This document shows, in pieces, positions 56,208 through 64,000 of a stretch of DNA of 64,000 nucleotides (position 1 is its first letter; each line of letters begins with the position of its first letter). This DNA is from an uncultured bacterium. GTDB taxonomy: Bacteria > Omnitrophota > Gorgyraeia > Ghiorseimicrobiales > Ghiorseimicrobiaceae. Position numbers and translations under genes: made by a program. Below the pieces are notes generated by a model. It made no database searches and had not been told where the DNA came from. It saw nothing but the letters and a program-made list of their open reading frames with translations. The stretch covers positions 2,349 to 66,348 of the forward strand of contig CAJVXN010000004.1 of assembly GCA_913009335.1 (NCBI GenBank), in the 5' to 3' direction.

Positions 56208-57456
56208 GATAATTTTTCCTTAATTGATGAGCCACTCGAATAAGTGCCGCGATTAAAATAACGGCACTTAAGGTAACATTCGAATAAAGACTTACTATTT
56301 CATTATAAGACTTTAAAATATCCGGGTTTAATACGCTCGCCAGAAAAAAAGAAGCAATCAATAAATATCTGACCAAGCGGTCTTTCGGATGCTTAAGGAT
56401 ATAATAAATTAAAACCATGCACGGAATGATTAAATGCAGGAATGTGTGCTTCCAGGCAATAGGAGAAAATATCACCATACATATCAGGATAGATGAAAAT
56501 TCCAACAAATGTCCGTATCCGAAATGTTTTTTCTCATTTCTAATCAATCCTTTACAAAAATATAAAATACTAAATACTAAAACTACTGATAATAATAAAA
56601 AAATACCTTTTATTAAGAGAGGAGAAAGTGCAATAATCGCAACCTTTGATTTCTCTGAAAACAAACGCGAAACAGCGCTTAAAAGAGACTGATTTTTATA
56701 CCACAACATTAAATCAGGCGTTGAGTCAGAAAGGCTATTGATCCAGGAACGGACAAAATTAATATTTTTCTCCCAGCCTAGACCGATAGCCGGAATGCAT
56801 AAATAAAATAAAACTGCCGCTATAGAACTTGCCGCCATTTTATAGAATTTACGATAGATAAAATAAGGAATAAATATTAAGGGAGTTAGCTTAATCATAA
56901 TAGCTGTCCCTAAAGCAAATCCGGATAACGCATCTTTCCTGCGATGCAAGAGATAGACAGAAAGGCTTAAGAAAAATAAAACCAATGAATCAGACTGTAC
57001 CCTTGAGACCAAGGTAAAGAAAAACCGTAAAACCATCAAAAACGAGAGAAAATAAACACACTTCGGTAAGTTATTTTCGCCCCGCGAATGAATAATTATT
57101 TGTCTTATAAAATAAACTGACGCCAAAATAGAGAGAAATATCAATAAATACCAAAGCGGCACAGATTTATGCATATGCATCTTCGTAAACGGCACCATAA
57201 AATAAGCAAAGGCAGGCGAATATTTATATACATCAATACCGTGACCGCCGGTCTCAGGGGATTCATATATCTCTTCACCTTTTATGATTCGCTCCCCTGC
57301 CCGATGAAAAACAGTAAAATCAGTCCAGCTTGTTCCCCAGGGCTGATATATTCTCGTAAAATAATAAATGCTTGTTATCAAAGATACAAGCAGTAAAAAT
57401 CCCGCGAATATTAAAAAATTTTTATCTATTCTTCTTTTAAACATTTTACCACGCAA
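56197..57456 (-). CDS. GT-C-like polytopic membrane glycosyltransferase (DUF2029 / GT87-like)
   Basis: 419 aa, about 10 TM segments and the YKYSPAFAYFMVPF motif of GT87/DUF2029. It overlaps the Ppm synthase gene. Confidence 0.6.
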   Translation of the reverse strand: MRGKMFKRRIDKNFLIFAGFLLLVSLITSIYYFTRIYQPWGTSWTDFTVFHRAGERIIKGEEIYESPETGGHGIDVYKYSPAFAYFMVPFTKMHMHKSVPLWYLLIFLSILASVYFIRQIIIHSRGENNLPKCVYFLSFLMVLRFFFTLVSRVQSDSLVLFFLSLSVYLLHRRKDALSGFALGTAIMIKLTPLIFIPYFIYRKFYKMAASSIAAVLFYLCIPAIGLGWEKNINFVRSWINSLSDSTPDLMLWYKNQSLLSAVSRLFSEKSKVAIIALSPLLIKGIFLLLSVVLVFSILYFCKGLIRNEKKHFGYGHLLEFSSILICMVIFSPIAWKHTFLHLIIPCMVLIYYILKHPKDRLVRYLLIASFFLASVLNPDILKSYNEIVSLYSNVTLSAVILIAALIRVAHQLRKNYHGS

Positions 57457-58444
57457 ATCCCGCGCCTATTTGAACTACACCCTCTTCTGTATTTAGAATA
57501 AACTTAATAAAACTATTTTTTCTACCCGAGAGCACATCTCTGGATAAAGTAATATCTATTCCTAAGAATCTTCCTTCTTTATTTTTCAACGAAAAAACCA
57601 GGTTATTTTTCTTGCCTAACTTTACTCTGGCAGAAAAAGCAACAGTACTTCTTTTACCTTTTTCATGTTCTATTGCGAATAGCAATCCTATGTCTTTTTT
57701 GTAAATCCATTCCCCAAATAAAGATATATCTTTTTGCGAGACCCCAATTCCGATTTTATACTTTATGCCTTTTTTCTTTCCCCTTTGCGCGGCTATTCCC
57801 AAGCTTACCTTAAAATCAAATCTCGAAGAAGATACCCCATCCAATACATATGAAAGGGCGTATCTATTACTAATATCCCATGACCCTTTAAATACTATGC
57901 GTTGGGTAGAAACGGTCTTTCTTTTTAAATTACGCCTAGTATAAGAATATACTATTCTGTTATCTTTATTTATACGCCAATCATTGGCAAAAGTTAATAT
58001 ATCGTATTTATTTTTATCTTTATTGATATAAAAGCTAAGGCGATTATTCTTATTCGCGCGCCACTTGCCTGAGAATTTTAAAATAGAAGTTCTGGCTTTA
58101 TTCTGCTTGTTTTTTGTGATAAGAGAAAATACTAAATTAGTGCCCCCTACCTTCGCAATCTTCCCTTTAAAAAGAAGACGCCCTTGCGCGTATTGTTTAT
58201 TCCACTTATCTAAAGTCAAAGCCAGATTATGATTTTTATCCAGAGACCAATTACCTGTTAATTTAATCTGTTGAGGAACCTCAAAATCGGATGATTTTTT
58301 TACATGATATATAAGGCGGGATTTTTTATCTATTCTAAAATTTCCATCGAGGACTTTACGGTATTTACTAATGCGGGAAGCCTTGCCGCTAATTTTAGCA
58401 ACCAGCCTATTGTGCGGATCTATTTCATATTTTATCTTCGGCAT
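57446..58444 (-). CDS. Hypothetical beta-rich repetitive protein with a C-terminal aromatic residue (...GAGFAW) and no obvious signal peptide
   Basis: 332 aa, lysine-rich, with alternating hydrophobic patterns. Confidence 0.3.
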   Translation of the reverse strand: MPKIKYEIDPHNRLVAKISGKASRISKYRKVLDGNFRIDKKSRLIYHVKKSSDFEVPQQIKLTGNWSLDKNHNLALTLDKWNKQYAQGRLLFKGKIAKVGGTNLVFSLITKNKQNKARTSILKFSGKWRANKNNRLSFYINKDKNKYDILTFANDWRINKDNRIVYSYTRRNLKRKTVSTQRIVFKGSWDISNRYALSYVLDGVSSSRFDFKVSLGIAAQRGKKKGIKYKIGIGVSQKDISLFGEWIYKKDIGLLFAIEHEKGKRSTVAFSARVKLGKKNNLVFSLKNKEGRFLGIDITLSRDVLSGRKNSFIKFILNTEEGVVQIGAGFAW

Positions 58445-58503
58445 TTAGTTATTTTAAATTCCAATGCGGGTTTGGAATTGGTTGAAGCCCGGCTTCAACA
58501 GGC

Positions 58504-59118
58504 TTACTCTTCGTTGCGCAACTCTCTCCACCACTTCATCCTAAACCCTGAGCCAAAGCTGGGGACTCCTGCCCCGCCAAAGGTGACTTTGCCGGAGATA
58601 ATATTTAGGTAGTCTTCCGAGACAGGGGTCACGGTTACAACTTCTGCCTGAGTATCAGTTACCTCAATTGTGGCTGTGCCGTTTTTAAAGGTAACTGTGT
58701 TGGTTTCCGCGGAGCAGGTGGTAGTATCATCGTCTCTTGATTCTATAAGGGCTACAGTAAATGTAGTGCCGCTGTCAGTGGTGATATCATCGCCGTTTGA
58801 GTCAATCAAATCCACTGTAACAGCAAGTGGACCCACAGGGCCCGAAGTATCGCGCACGATAACTGTGCCTTCTTTTACGGTAAATTGCGGAGATGTACCT
58901 GTAGCCGCAGAATAGGTGGAGTCGGTAGCAGTAATAGAGGTTGTGCCAGGGTCTGTTCCGGATAAGCCAGAAAATATATGCATACCGGTATCAGTTGAAC
59001 CAAAGGAATATGTAGAAGGAAGACTTAAATTGCTTCCTGAAAAACCAACATCTCCGGTATAATTGCCTATGGTCGCGCCGTTATAATCTTTAGCCGTAAC
59101 AGTGGCGGTAAAATAGTA
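58504..59118 (-). pseudogene. 5'-truncated Thr/Asp/Gly-rich surface (Ig-like/adhesin-type) protein gene, interrupted by the IS element
   Basis: The reading frame stays open upstream of the annotated Met (YFTATVTAKDYNGATIGNYTGDVGFSGSNLSLPSTYSFGSTDTGMHIFSG...) right up to the IS left inverted repeat. A stop codon then occurs inside the IR. Confidence 0.5.
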
Positions 59119-59235
59119 GTGTCAAGATAAGGGGCTGTTTCCGAACTCCTTGTAAAATACTAAAAAACCTTGCGTTCTGATACGCTATAGTGTATACTAT
59201 GTATAGTAATAATACTATACATAGGAGGTTTTATA

Positions 59236-59417
59236 TGGGATACCCAACCAGAATGCAAGCAATAAAAAGAGGCCGTAATCAACAATGGTTTGTAAATTTT
59301 CCCGCGGCTATCGCGCGAGCGATGAATTTTACAAAGTCTGAAGTAGTAGAATGGGAAATTATAGATAAAAGCTCTCTTAAGTTGAAAAGAATAGCTAAAA
59401 GGAGGGCGCGAAGATGA
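59236..59417 (+). CDS. AbrB/SpoVT/MazE-fold small DNA-binding protein encoded inside the IS
   Basis: MGYPTRMQAIKRGRNQQWFVNFPAAIARAMNFTKSEVVEWEIID is a swapped-hairpin-barrel-like pattern. RBS GGAGG lies upstream. Its stop overlaps the transposase ATG (ATGA). A 12 bp perfect palindrome (CTATGTATAGTA-ataa-TACTATACATAG) lies just upstream. Confidence 0.5.
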
Positions 59418-60097
59418 TGGGAATTAAACATAGACAGGCAAGACTTTTTTATAACATAAGGCTGGAAGACATGGTGCCGGATGATCATATCTTAAGAAAA
59501 TTAGCCAACAAAATAGACTTTTCTTTTATAAGAGCTTTAACCAAAAAGTATTATAGCCATACAGGGCAACCATCGATAGATCCTATAGTCTTATTTAAAA
59601 TGATGCTTATAGGTTATTTGTTTAATGTGCCATCTGAAAGAAAACTTGCTAAAGAAATAACGGTTAATTTGGCATATAGGCTCTTTTTGGGATACGATTT
59701 AGACGAAATTACTCCAACTCACAGTGTTCTAAGCAAGGCAAGACGGCGATTTGAGTTAAATGTCTTCTCTGGTTTTTTCAATAAAGTTGTAGAATTATGC
59801 AAAGAAGCCAGTCTTGTAGGCCAAGAAGACACCTATGTAGATTCGACTATTATTCAAGCCAACGCGAGCTTGAAATCATTTGTTCAAACCAAACAGACTC
59901 CGGATGAATATATTAAGGAAGTTGAAAAATATCATATGAAAGAAGAGGAAATAGAAAAAACCTCTACTAGTGGAAAGCATTTTGACGGTAAAGCCGATGA
60001 GCAAAAAATTGGCAAAAGAAGACAGCGTTCTTACGTAAATAATAAGTTTCAATCTAAAACAGATAAAGAGGCTCGATTATCTATAGGCCGGGCATAG
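59414..60097 (+). CDS. IS1182/IS5-family transposase, N-terminal part (DUF772 domain)
   Basis: GQPSIDPIVLFKMMLIGYLFNVPSERKLAKEITVNLAYRLFLGYDL is the InsH N-terminal domain signature. Confidence 0.8.
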   Translation: MMGIKHRQARLFYNIRLEDMVPDDHILRKLANKIDFSFIRALTKKYYSHTGQPSIDPIVLFKMMLIGYLFNVPSERKLAKEITVNLAYRLFLGYDLDEITPTHSVLSKARRRFELNVFSGFFNKVVELCKEASLVGQEDTYVDSTIIQANASLKSFVQTKQTPDEYIKEVEKYHMKEEEIEKTSTSGKHFDGKADEQKIGKRRQRSYVNNKFQSKTDKEARLSIGRA

Positions 60098-60855
60098 GAA
60101 GAAAAGCTGCTTATAAAGGACATTTCGTTGTCGATGGTAAGGCCCGTATCATTATAGCTGCCGAGGCTACAAAAGCTAAAGACGCCGATACCTCCGCTCT
60201 CCCGGCATTAACAAAACAAATGCAAAATAACAATATTAAAGGAAAGCATATTGTTGGAGACAGCCACTACGGTACAATCGAAGCTTATCAATATCTGCAA
60301 GGTAAAGATATGCAAACGGTTTTTAAACCATTCAAGACTAAAAACAGGCCTGGATTCTTAAATGAGGAAGACTTTACCTATGACAAGAAAAATGATCAGT
60401 ATATATGCCCGCAAGGAAAAGTTCTCAAGTTTAAGACTTACCAACATACCGTATTCAGAAAGGCCTACAAAGCCAAAAAAGAAGATTGTATTAAATGCCC
60501 GCTTAAGCATAAATGTGTAAGTTCAAAAACTCAAGCTCGGCTTGTAACACGATTTTATGGAGAGTGGATAGATAAAGCTAAAGAATGGACACAAAGCGAC
60601 CATGGCAAAGCACTTCTTAGAAAAAGAAAATTTTGCATAGAAGGTATTTTTGGCGAAGGAAAAACACAGCATTTGTTAAGACGCATGCTTTTTCGAGGAC
60701 TAATAAATGCCAAAATTCAGCTTTTCATGACTGCTGGTGCAATGAATTTAAAGAGACTAATAGATGGGGTAGGTGTTAGAAGTGCCGAATTTTTGTTATC
60801 TCTCGTAAGATGCTGTTGTTTCCAACTATCTATAGCGTTTTCACAAATATATTAG
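60094..60855 (+). pseudogene. IS1182/IS5-family transposase DDE catalytic part, shifted into another frame relative to the N-terminal part
   Basis: A different frame reads GRKAAYKGHFVVDGKARIIIAAEATKA... (first D of the DDE triad), then ...IVGDSHYGT... and the C-terminal KCPLKHKC. The two segments join only through a frame change near 60090-60100. Confidence 0.7.
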
Positions 60856-60978
60856 GTCTTCGGAAACAGCCCCAATAGTTTACACTATCAATAACTTACT
60901 GATTTTACACCCTATTTCTCTATATTCAATCATAATAACTAGCATTTAACCGAATTTTTTAAGGTGGATTTTCATAAA

Positions 60979-62046
60979 TTATTCATTAGATTGGCTCTTG
61001 AAGAATTCCCAGATTTCATCCACCGCGGATATCGCATTAGACGGGGTATCGGCTTTTTCCCGCGGCTTTTGACCTCCCGGCCATGAATGCCCCCCGGTTT
61101 CCGTAACGCAGAGCATGACCCGGACATTATCCGCGCATCCGGAATATAAATCGCAATAAACGCCTTCTTTCTCTAAAACTCTTCTGGGGCTGCTATCGCA
61201 ATCATTCCGCCTGACCCATCTGGAGATTGTTTCCGGCACAGGCGTAAAATTGGTCACCTTAGACTTATCCTTGAAAACATCGCCCGAGCCGCCGTCAAAA
61301 AGAACATAACCGTCATCTTTGGCGTGAATATGCATTACGGAAATAGCTTTTGAAGGGGCGCAATTATCGCAATTTTCCGTGCCGGCAACCGAAGCTATGG
61401 CCGCAAACCGGTCGGTTAGCTCACAGGCGAGCCGATAAGAAAACATTCCTCCGTTAGAAAACCCGATCGCGTAAACCTTGTTCGAATTGATGCTGTATTT
61501 ACCATCTATATCTTCAAGCATTGCTTCCACAAAACCAACATCATCAACCTTATTGTCCCGGGCGTATCCGCAGCAGCTCCCCGCGTTCCAGGTAGCGCGT
61601 TTTCCGGATTTTACCTTACTCACCCCATTAGGAAAAGCAACAATAAACCCCTCTTCGTTGGATTTAGATATTAAATTATAATATTTGTCAATGGCCATTC
61701 TTCCGCTATCACCGCCGCCGCCGTGAAACGAAAGAATCAAAGGCGCAGGCATTGTTGTTTTATAAGAAGGAGGGATGTGAACCTTGTATGTCCGCATCCA
61801 TCCGCCATACTCGAAAGAAAAATCATAATCGCCGATATTTGTATTCACCCGCCCTCTTTCCCCTGCTCGCTCGCTCCGCCTTTCTTTTATGTTCTCCTTT
61901 ATTTTTTCTTTCATTTTTTCCCGCCAGGCCCCTTGCGCTAATCCTGTTTGAGAAACTATAAATAGACTTAAAACCAGAAAAGATACTACAAACAAAACCC
62001 GTTTACTTTTTTTCATTACAAACCCCTCCTTTTTAATTTTACCCAA
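60979..62046 (-). CDS. Secreted alpha/beta-hydrolase, PHB-depolymerase-family esterase (LpqC-like)
   Basis: Signal peptide, then LILSFHGGGGDSGRM...WNAGSCCGYA...GFSNGGMFS, which are the hallmark motifs of this esterase family. Confidence 0.7.
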   Translation of the reverse strand: MGKIKKEGFVMKKSKRVLFVVSFLVLSLFIVSQTGLAQGAWREKMKEKIKENIKERRSERAGERGRVNTNIGDYDFSFEYGGWMRTYKVHIPPSYKTTMPAPLILSFHGGGGDSGRMAIDKYYNLISKSNEEGFIVAFPNGVSKVKSGKRATWNAGSCCGYARDNKVDDVGFVEAMLEDIDGKYSINSNKVYAIGFSNGGMFSYRLACELTDRFAAIASVAGTENCDNCAPSKAISVMHIHAKDDGYVLFDGGSGDVFKDKSKVTNFTPVPETISRWVRRNDCDSSPRRVLEKEGVYCDLYSGCADNVRVMLCVTETGGHSWPGGQKPREKADTPSNAISAVDEIWEFFKSQSNE

Positions 62047-62103
62047 AGCCTTACGGCGAAATTAGCCTCACCGCAATCACATTGCAATAAAAAACTAAAA
62101 ATA

Positions 62104-63399
62104 TTAAAACAAGAAGTATCGAAGCCAGAGATATAATGTACAGATAATCAGCGACTGAAATAGGTATCCCGCTCCGTATTTAAAAAATCGCCCAAAGGAG
62201 ACCGGGCATTTATTTTTCTCGGCGATCCGCGCCATAACGATATTAGCGGATGCTCCGATAAGCGTCCCGTTGCCGCCGAGACATACTCCCAACGCGAGAG
62301 CCCACCATAAAACATTCAGATGCCCCATTGAGCCGGGAAGATTGCCGAGGGCAAAATGGCCGTTAACTTCCTTGACCAGCGGAACCATAACCATGACAAA
62401 CGGGATGTTATCAAGGATAGCGGAAAAAATCGCCGAACCCCATAGAATAAGAATGCAGATAAGAAAAAGATTATCATTTCCTAACCCCAGAAGAGCTTTT
62501 CCGGCTGATGAGATAACACCGTTTACCTCAAGGGAGGCGACAAGCATAAACATGCCGACGAAAAAAAGTATAACACCCCACTCGGCTTGACTGAAGACCT
62601 CGTCTTTCTTCTGGCGGGTCACCAGCAGCATAACCATACTGCCTAAAAAAGCAATAATCCCCGGCTCGATTTTTAAAAACCCGTGAATAAAAAAACCAAT
62701 AAACATCGCCCCAAAAACTATCAAAGCGCGGATCATATTTTTTTTATCGATTATCGCCAAATGCGGTAAAGCATCCGTAACTCTTTTTTTAAGAGCCGGC
62801 TCTACGCGTATGCGGCTCCTGAAAATAAATCGCACCGTCATGAGAAATACAATGAAAACTAAAAGTATGACCGGCCCCAGATTAAAAATAAAAGCGTTAA
62901 AAGAAAGGGCGGCCTTCGAACCAATGATAATATTAGGCGGATCTCCTATAAGGGTAGCTGTCCCGCCGATATTAGAAGAAAGCACCTCCAAAATAATAAA
63001 AGGCACCGGAGACAGTTCCAAAAGCTGAGTGATGAGAATGGTAACGGGGACAATAAGAATAATCGTTGTTACATTATCCAGAAAAGCCGAAAACACAGCC
63101 GTTAATACAAGCAGAAACAGCATAATGATCAGCGGCTCTCCCTTAGCTTTTTTAGCTATAGAAATAGCGACCCACTCAAAAAAACCCGTGCGTGATAAGA
63201 TGTGAGCACAGATCATCATCCCGACCAGCAGAAAAATGACATTCCAATCAATCCGCTCAACCGCTTCCGAAAAAGATATGAGCCTGAAGATAATCGCGCA
63301 TAAAGCAGCGGTAACCGCCAGAATTGTTTTATTGATTTTTTCGCTGACGATGAGGATATAAGTTATTGTAAAAATTACTAAGGATAATACCGCTTTCAT
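62104..63399 (-). CDS. ArsB/NhaD-superfamily permease (anion/citrate-transporter-like)
   Basis: 431 aa, about 12 TM segments. The duplicated LDNVTTIILIVPVT / ILDNIPFVMVMVPL motifs are typical of the ArsB/NhaD ion-transporter superfamily. Confidence 0.65.
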   Translation of the reverse strand: MKAVLSLVIFTITYILIVSEKINKTILAVTAALCAIIFRLISFSEAVERIDWNVIFLLVGMMICAHILSRTGFFEWVAISIAKKAKGEPLIIMLFLLVLTAVFSAFLDNVTTIILIVPVTILITQLLELSPVPFIILEVLSSNIGGTATLIGDPPNIIIGSKAALSFNAFIFNLGPVILLVFIVFLMTVRFIFRSRIRVEPALKKRVTDALPHLAIIDKKNMIRALIVFGAMFIGFFIHGFLKIEPGIIAFLGSMVMLLVTRQKKDEVFSQAEWGVILFFVGMFMLVASLEVNGVISSAGKALLGLGNDNLFLICILILWGSAIFSAILDNIPFVMVMVPLVKEVNGHFALGNLPGSMGHLNVLWWALALGVCLGGNGTLIGASANIVMARIAEKNKCPVSFGRFFKYGAGYLFQSLIICTLYLWLRYFLF

Positions 63400-63401
63400 G
63401 T

Positions 63402-64000
63402 TTAAAATACCAATATTTTGTCAATAATACTGAAGTGGTCAATCATGCCGGCTATCGTGCCGTCAGAATTCACCACAAACAGCTGCGGCTGTTTCTTAAC
63501 CGTAATTTCAAAGATAATCTCCAGAAGCGTATTATCACGGCGCAAAGGATTTATGCCGGCAATAACCAAATCACTAACCTTTAGATCGCTTCTAAGGCGG
63601 AAATATTTCTCAAAAGGATCAATATGGCGCACAAATGAAATAGTTGAAAGCTGCTTGAAAAAATCCGGCATCCCAAAATCAAAAATACTTAAACAGGATA
63701 TTTTACCGCAAAGCTTCTTATTTTCATCTATGACCGGCAAAACATCCTGTTGGCGCAGATGCATTATGCGGGCCGTGTCTTCCACGGATGTATCCATGGT
63801 CACGATATGCCGCACTGGGCGCATAATATCTTCGGCGCAAATCAAAGTCTTACCGTTTACGCGCTTTTCGTTTAAAGCGTTAAAAATATTTTCAAAATTA
63901 AGCGGCGGAATAAGGACATTCTTGATTCCTCTGCTTATTGCCGACATTGTCTGCAATATCAAATATGGATTTTCGACTGAAGACAAAATAAGAAAAATCG
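63402..64000 (-). CDS. CBS-domain pair protein. The 5' end may continue beyond the window edge, and the annotated start is TTG.
   Basis: Two CBS-like segments (EDIMRPVRHIVTMDTSVEDTARIMHLRQQDVLPVID and DLVIAGINPL...TIAGMIDHFSII). The frame is open to the window end. Confidence 0.55.
   Translation of the reverse strand, partial: IFLILSSVENPYLILQTMSAISRGIKNVLIPPLNFENIFNALNEKRVNGKTLICAEDIMRPVRHIVTMDTSVEDTARIMHLRQQDVLPVIDENKKLCGKISCLSIFDFGMPDFFKQLSTISFVRHIDPFEKYFRLRSDLKVSDLVIAGINPLRRDNTLLEIIFEITVKKQPQLFVVNSDGTIAGMIDHFSIIDKILVF

Larger units (their letters stand above)
59117..60887 (+). mobile_element. IS1182/IS5-family insertion sequence, about 1.77 kb
   Basis: Terminal inverted repeats GGGGCTGTTTCCGAA (59131-59145) and TTCGGAAACAGCCCC (60859-60873) are perfect over 15 bp, with imperfect extensions (TAGTGT...). 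The element encodes a DUF772 N-domain and a DDE domain. Confidence 0.7.

Noticed and set aside
1-64000. CRISPR arrays, rRNA genes, prophage structural genes
   Set aside because: No regularly spaced direct repeats, no rRNA-like conserved stretches, and no capsid/terminase/integrase-like ORFs were seen in any frame.

Overview
This 64 kb window is AT-rich, and almost every gene lies on the minus strand. The organism is probably an uncultivated low-GC bacterium; I cannot name the taxon from sequence alone.

Main contents, left to right:
- 1-2.9 kb: an MtaB/MiaB-like tRNA methylthiotransferase (partial), rsmE, and a signal-peptide-bearing Memo-like/AMMECR1 fusion protein.
- 2.9-3.3 kb: a tRNA-Ala(CGC) plus a duplicated, decayed copy of its 3' half.
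- 3.4-15.3 kb: a long co-directional type IV pilus locus. A radical SAM enzyme abuts the first pilin; then come five pilin or pseudopilin genes, pilC, pilB, secretin pilQ, pilP, pilO, a pilM-pilN fusion, a small excisionase-family HTH, a PilX-like minor pilin and a small winged-helix protein.
- 15.5-20.4 kb: exbD, exbB and a large TPR protein.
- 20.6-23.4 kb: uvrA.
- 23.4-37.1 kb: a roughly 13.6 kb operon-like block. It holds four radical SAM enzymes (three SPASM/twitch-type, one B12-binding), a thiamine-diphosphate E1 alpha/beta pair with no E2 or E3, a Dpm1-like GT2, a GT9 heptosyltransferase-like protein, two GT-C-like polytopic membrane proteins (DUF2079-like and YfhO-like) and two paralogous small membrane proteins. 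This looks like an unusual envelope glycoconjugate modification system.
- 37.2-53.2 kb: a lysine-rich tandem-repeat small protein, a NadX-like protein, a folK-panC fusion, dapL-like, dapB, dapA, dapF, lysA, then argH, argG, argF, argD, argB, argJ, argC.
- 53.4-58.4 kb: rpsI, rplM, a SpeH-like decarboxylase, and a polyprenyl-phosphate-mannose synthase with a GT87-like GT-C partner.
- 58.5-60.9 kb: a 5'-truncated surface protein fragment interrupted by an IS1182/IS5-like element. The element has 15 bp perfect terminal inverted repeats, an AbrB-like small gene and a frameshifted transposase.
- 60.9-64 kb: a GC-richer segment with a PHB-depolymerase-family esterase, an ArsB/NhaD-family permease and a CBS-pair protein.

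Noncoding highlights:
- G9 and G8 homopolymers sit inside pilP and the Ppm synthase gene.
- A ~95 bp leader is duplicated upstream of folK-panC and nadX.
- An 18 bp perfect inverted repeat (MITE-like) lies between argG and argH.
- A 12-mer palindrome family (CCATAACTTAYG) recurs.
- Several GC-rich, dyad-rich intergenic islands occur in the dap/arg block.

No CRISPR array or rRNA was seen. All calls rest on reading the supplied ORF translations and the raw sequence; no database search was run.
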